From the NCBI GenBank assembly GCA_013265495.1, contig MU057576.1, positions 530,982 to 594,981 of the forward strand: 64,000 nt of DNA, in the 5' to 3' direction. This document shows, one piece after another, positions 62,001 to 64,000 of this stretch. Each line of letters starts with the position of its first letter. Position 1 is the first letter of the stretch. The notes beneath the pieces were generated by a model. That model made no database searches. It worked only from the letters and a program-made list of their open reading frames with translations, and had not been told where the DNA came from. A program made the translations under genes and the position numbers. The DNA is from Vicugna vicugna (taxonomy: Eukaryota).

Positions 62001-64000
62001 CCTGCCTCTGCCCCTTAGACCTCCGGATTCCACTCATGTGGAAGGACACAGAGTATTTCAAGAACAAAGGCGGTGAGTCCCACACATGCTAGGACAAATT
62101 TAAGGGAGTACCCTGAGATTGAAGGCCCCTGTGGGGCACACCTTTACCAGTTTTGCCCTCTGTCCCCAGACCTGCACCGCTGGGCTGTGTTCCTGCTGCT
62201 GCAGCTGGGGGAGGACATTCAGGACACAGAGATGGTCCTGGTGGACAGGACCCTCGCAGACATCTCCTTTCAGAACAACGTGCTTTTGTGAGTTCCTCAT
62301 CCCTTGTGGCTCCCTCCTTTCTCCACTCAGGAGACCAGGTAGCTACGGGGGAAGGGAGGGAGAGGAGAGGGAGGCGGGGAGATGGGCCGTCCCAGAGGAG
62401 CTGTCCTGTGCTTGCACCACAGCCATCCTCCAGCCCCAGTGCTCCTCACCCAGACATCCCCAGGACCATTCTTTCTTCCTCCCACACTCCTATAGTGCCG
62501 AGGCAGGGCCAGACTTTGAACTGCGGCTGGAGCTGTATGGGGCCTGCGTGGAAGAGGAGGGGGCCCTGGCTGGAGCCCCCAAGAGGCTTGCCACCAAACT
62601 CAGCAGCTCCCTGGGCCGTTCCTCGGGGAGGCGTGTTCGGGCATCGCTGGAGAGTGCTGGGGGCTCAGGGAGCAGTCCCATCCTGCTCCCCACACCGACT
62701 GCGCGGTACGGCCCGACAATCCCCCACTGCTCTCAGCTGGCCACAGGTGGCCTCTGAGCTACGCTGAGCACGCAGAGCCTGTTTTGCACTGCTGCCAGGA
62801 CATGCAGACAGATGTGAATGAATGAGCAGTGGCCACATAGCTGGGAAGTACTCTGGCCTGGGCTCAGTCCTGCAGGGCTGGGCCCAAGCTAACTGAGAAT
62901 GCAGGGGGAGTGAGGCCCTGGGCTGCTCACTATTTTGAAGCAGCAGATACATTTGTGTCGATAGGACAGGGCTCCCCTGGTTGAAGCAGGGTAGCCTGGG
63001 TCCTGTGGTGTTGCCTGCAGGCACCTGCAGGCACCGAGTAGAATCACTGGGCCTTGGAGGAGCAGTTTGAGAACCTTCGGGGTAACGAACAGAAGGCTGG
63101 TTTGGGATATAGACATACAATCAAATTCCAATCCCATCACCTAAGCTCTATTTAAGGGCAGATTTCTTAACTTTATTAAGCCTCAAGCGGCCTCATCTAT
63201 TCATTAAAGAATGCTACCTCACAGGGCTGTCGTGGGAATACAGTGGGATAACATACTTAAAGCACAGGGTCCGGCACTTAGCAGGGGTGCAGTAAATGTT
63301 TGTTCCAACCCCTGTGGGGGAAGCAATCTGGTTTTCTGTAGGGCAGCCTGAACCATGGAGGCCCTTAAAGCTCCTGCCGTCCACGCCCTTCACTTGACTG
63401 CTGCCCACTTCTCTGTCCGGCAGAGGTCCTCGTTACCACCTCTTGGCTCATACCACCCTCACCCTGGCAGCGGTGCAAGATGGGTTCCGCACCCATGACC
63501 TCACCCTCGCCAGCCATGGTGAGTACGTGTGTACGTGGGGGATGCCGGATGGTGAGAAGAGGGGCTGTTGGATGGTCTCCTTCACCCTCCCCACCCTCAT
63601 CCTGCACTTCCTCCTCCCCTAGAGGAGAACCCCGCCTGGCTGCCCCTTTATGGTAGCGTGTGTTGCCGCCTGGTGGCTCAGCCTCTCTGCATGATTCAGC
63701 CTACTGCAAGTGGTCCCCTCAGGGTGCAGGTGAGGGACCCTGAGGAGTGGAAGGGAACAGGGAGAAGGCAGAGCAGCCTTGAATCACCTAGGGATCCAAG
63801 GACTATTGAAAAAGCAAGATCTGGGTGGAGGGGGGAGAGGCATGGCCAGAAGAGGGGAGGGTCAGGCAGGAGAGTGGGCAGAAAGGAGCCCTTTCTCTCT
63901 GAGGGGCTGGGAAGGAGGGTGATGAGGGGGGTTGTGATTCCCCTGGGAAACCTTGAGTCATTTACGCAGCAAGCGGGGGAGCTGCAGGACTGGATGCGAG
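52679..64000 (+). CDS. RTKN: Rhotekin, 5' part (truncated by window end)
   Basis: Exons 52679-52789 (MFSRNHRSRVTVARGSALEMEFKRGRFRLSLFSDPPE), 59948-60147 (HR1 Rho-binding DTELQRKLDHEIRMREGACKLL...), 61865-61926, 62019-62072, 62170-62287, 62496-62705, 63424-63518, 63623-63729, 63970->64000. GT-AG, phases consistent. Confidence 0.96.
54773..54844 (+). CDS. RTKN: RTKN alternative first coding exon 1b
   Basis: MQDRLHILEDLNMLYIRQMALSLE|gtaacg, phase 0, matching the recalled shorter rhotekin N-terminus. Confidence 0.9.
55250..56150 (-). mobile_element. LINE2 3' fragment in RTKN intron 1
   Basis: CATTTATTTATTCA...TTTACTGAACACCTACTATATGCCAGGC...GGAAGGGTTTTAAGCAGGGA...CATTTACTGAGATGGGGAA. Confidence 0.75.
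56575..56720. mobile_element. MER3/MER33-like hAT-Charlie fragment
   Basis: TACATGAGGCTATTTAAATT...CTAGCCACATTTCAAGTGCT...AACATTTTCATCATCGCAGA. Confidence 0.6.
57690..58030 (+). promoter_or_regulatory. Intronic CpG island: third RTKN promoter / first exon 1c
   Basis: Full CRE TGACGTCA 57918-57925, tandem GC boxes ~57936-57952, ATG 58007 and donor TCC|gtgagt at 58030/58031. Confidence 0.7.

Overview
Mammalian, GC-rich, gene-dense euchromatin. It is probably camelid, inferred from three tRNA-Ala-derived SINEs of the Vic-1 type and the L1 3'-end style. Gene order matches human 2p13.1 read in reverse: PCGF1(+), LBX2(+), TTC31(-), CCDC142(+), MRPL53(+), MOGS(+), WBP1(-), INO80B(-), then the 5' part of RTKN(+), which runs off the window. 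I spliced all nine genes by hand using GT-AG boundaries and phase checks. The eight complete ones give open frames of 259, 196, 496, 770, 112, 839, 269/304 and 356/373 aa. I see no prokaryote-type system and no new protein-coding gene; most six-frame ORFs are GC-rich noise or antisense shadows. The interesting signals are finer. WBP1 has a strong-Kozak uORF ending 8 nt before its start and an intact 35-aa cassette exon. RTKN has a third first exon with its own in-frame ATG. TTC31 appears to take its stop and poly(A) signal from a MIR. There is a decayed upstream LBX2 exon. An ERV1-LTR cluster between INO80B and RTKN includes a microhomology-collapsed 104-bp mini-LTR, a copied LTR junction and a MER41-like LTR with degenerate STAT sites. 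Human and mouse comparisons and repeat family names are from memory and need confirming by alignment.
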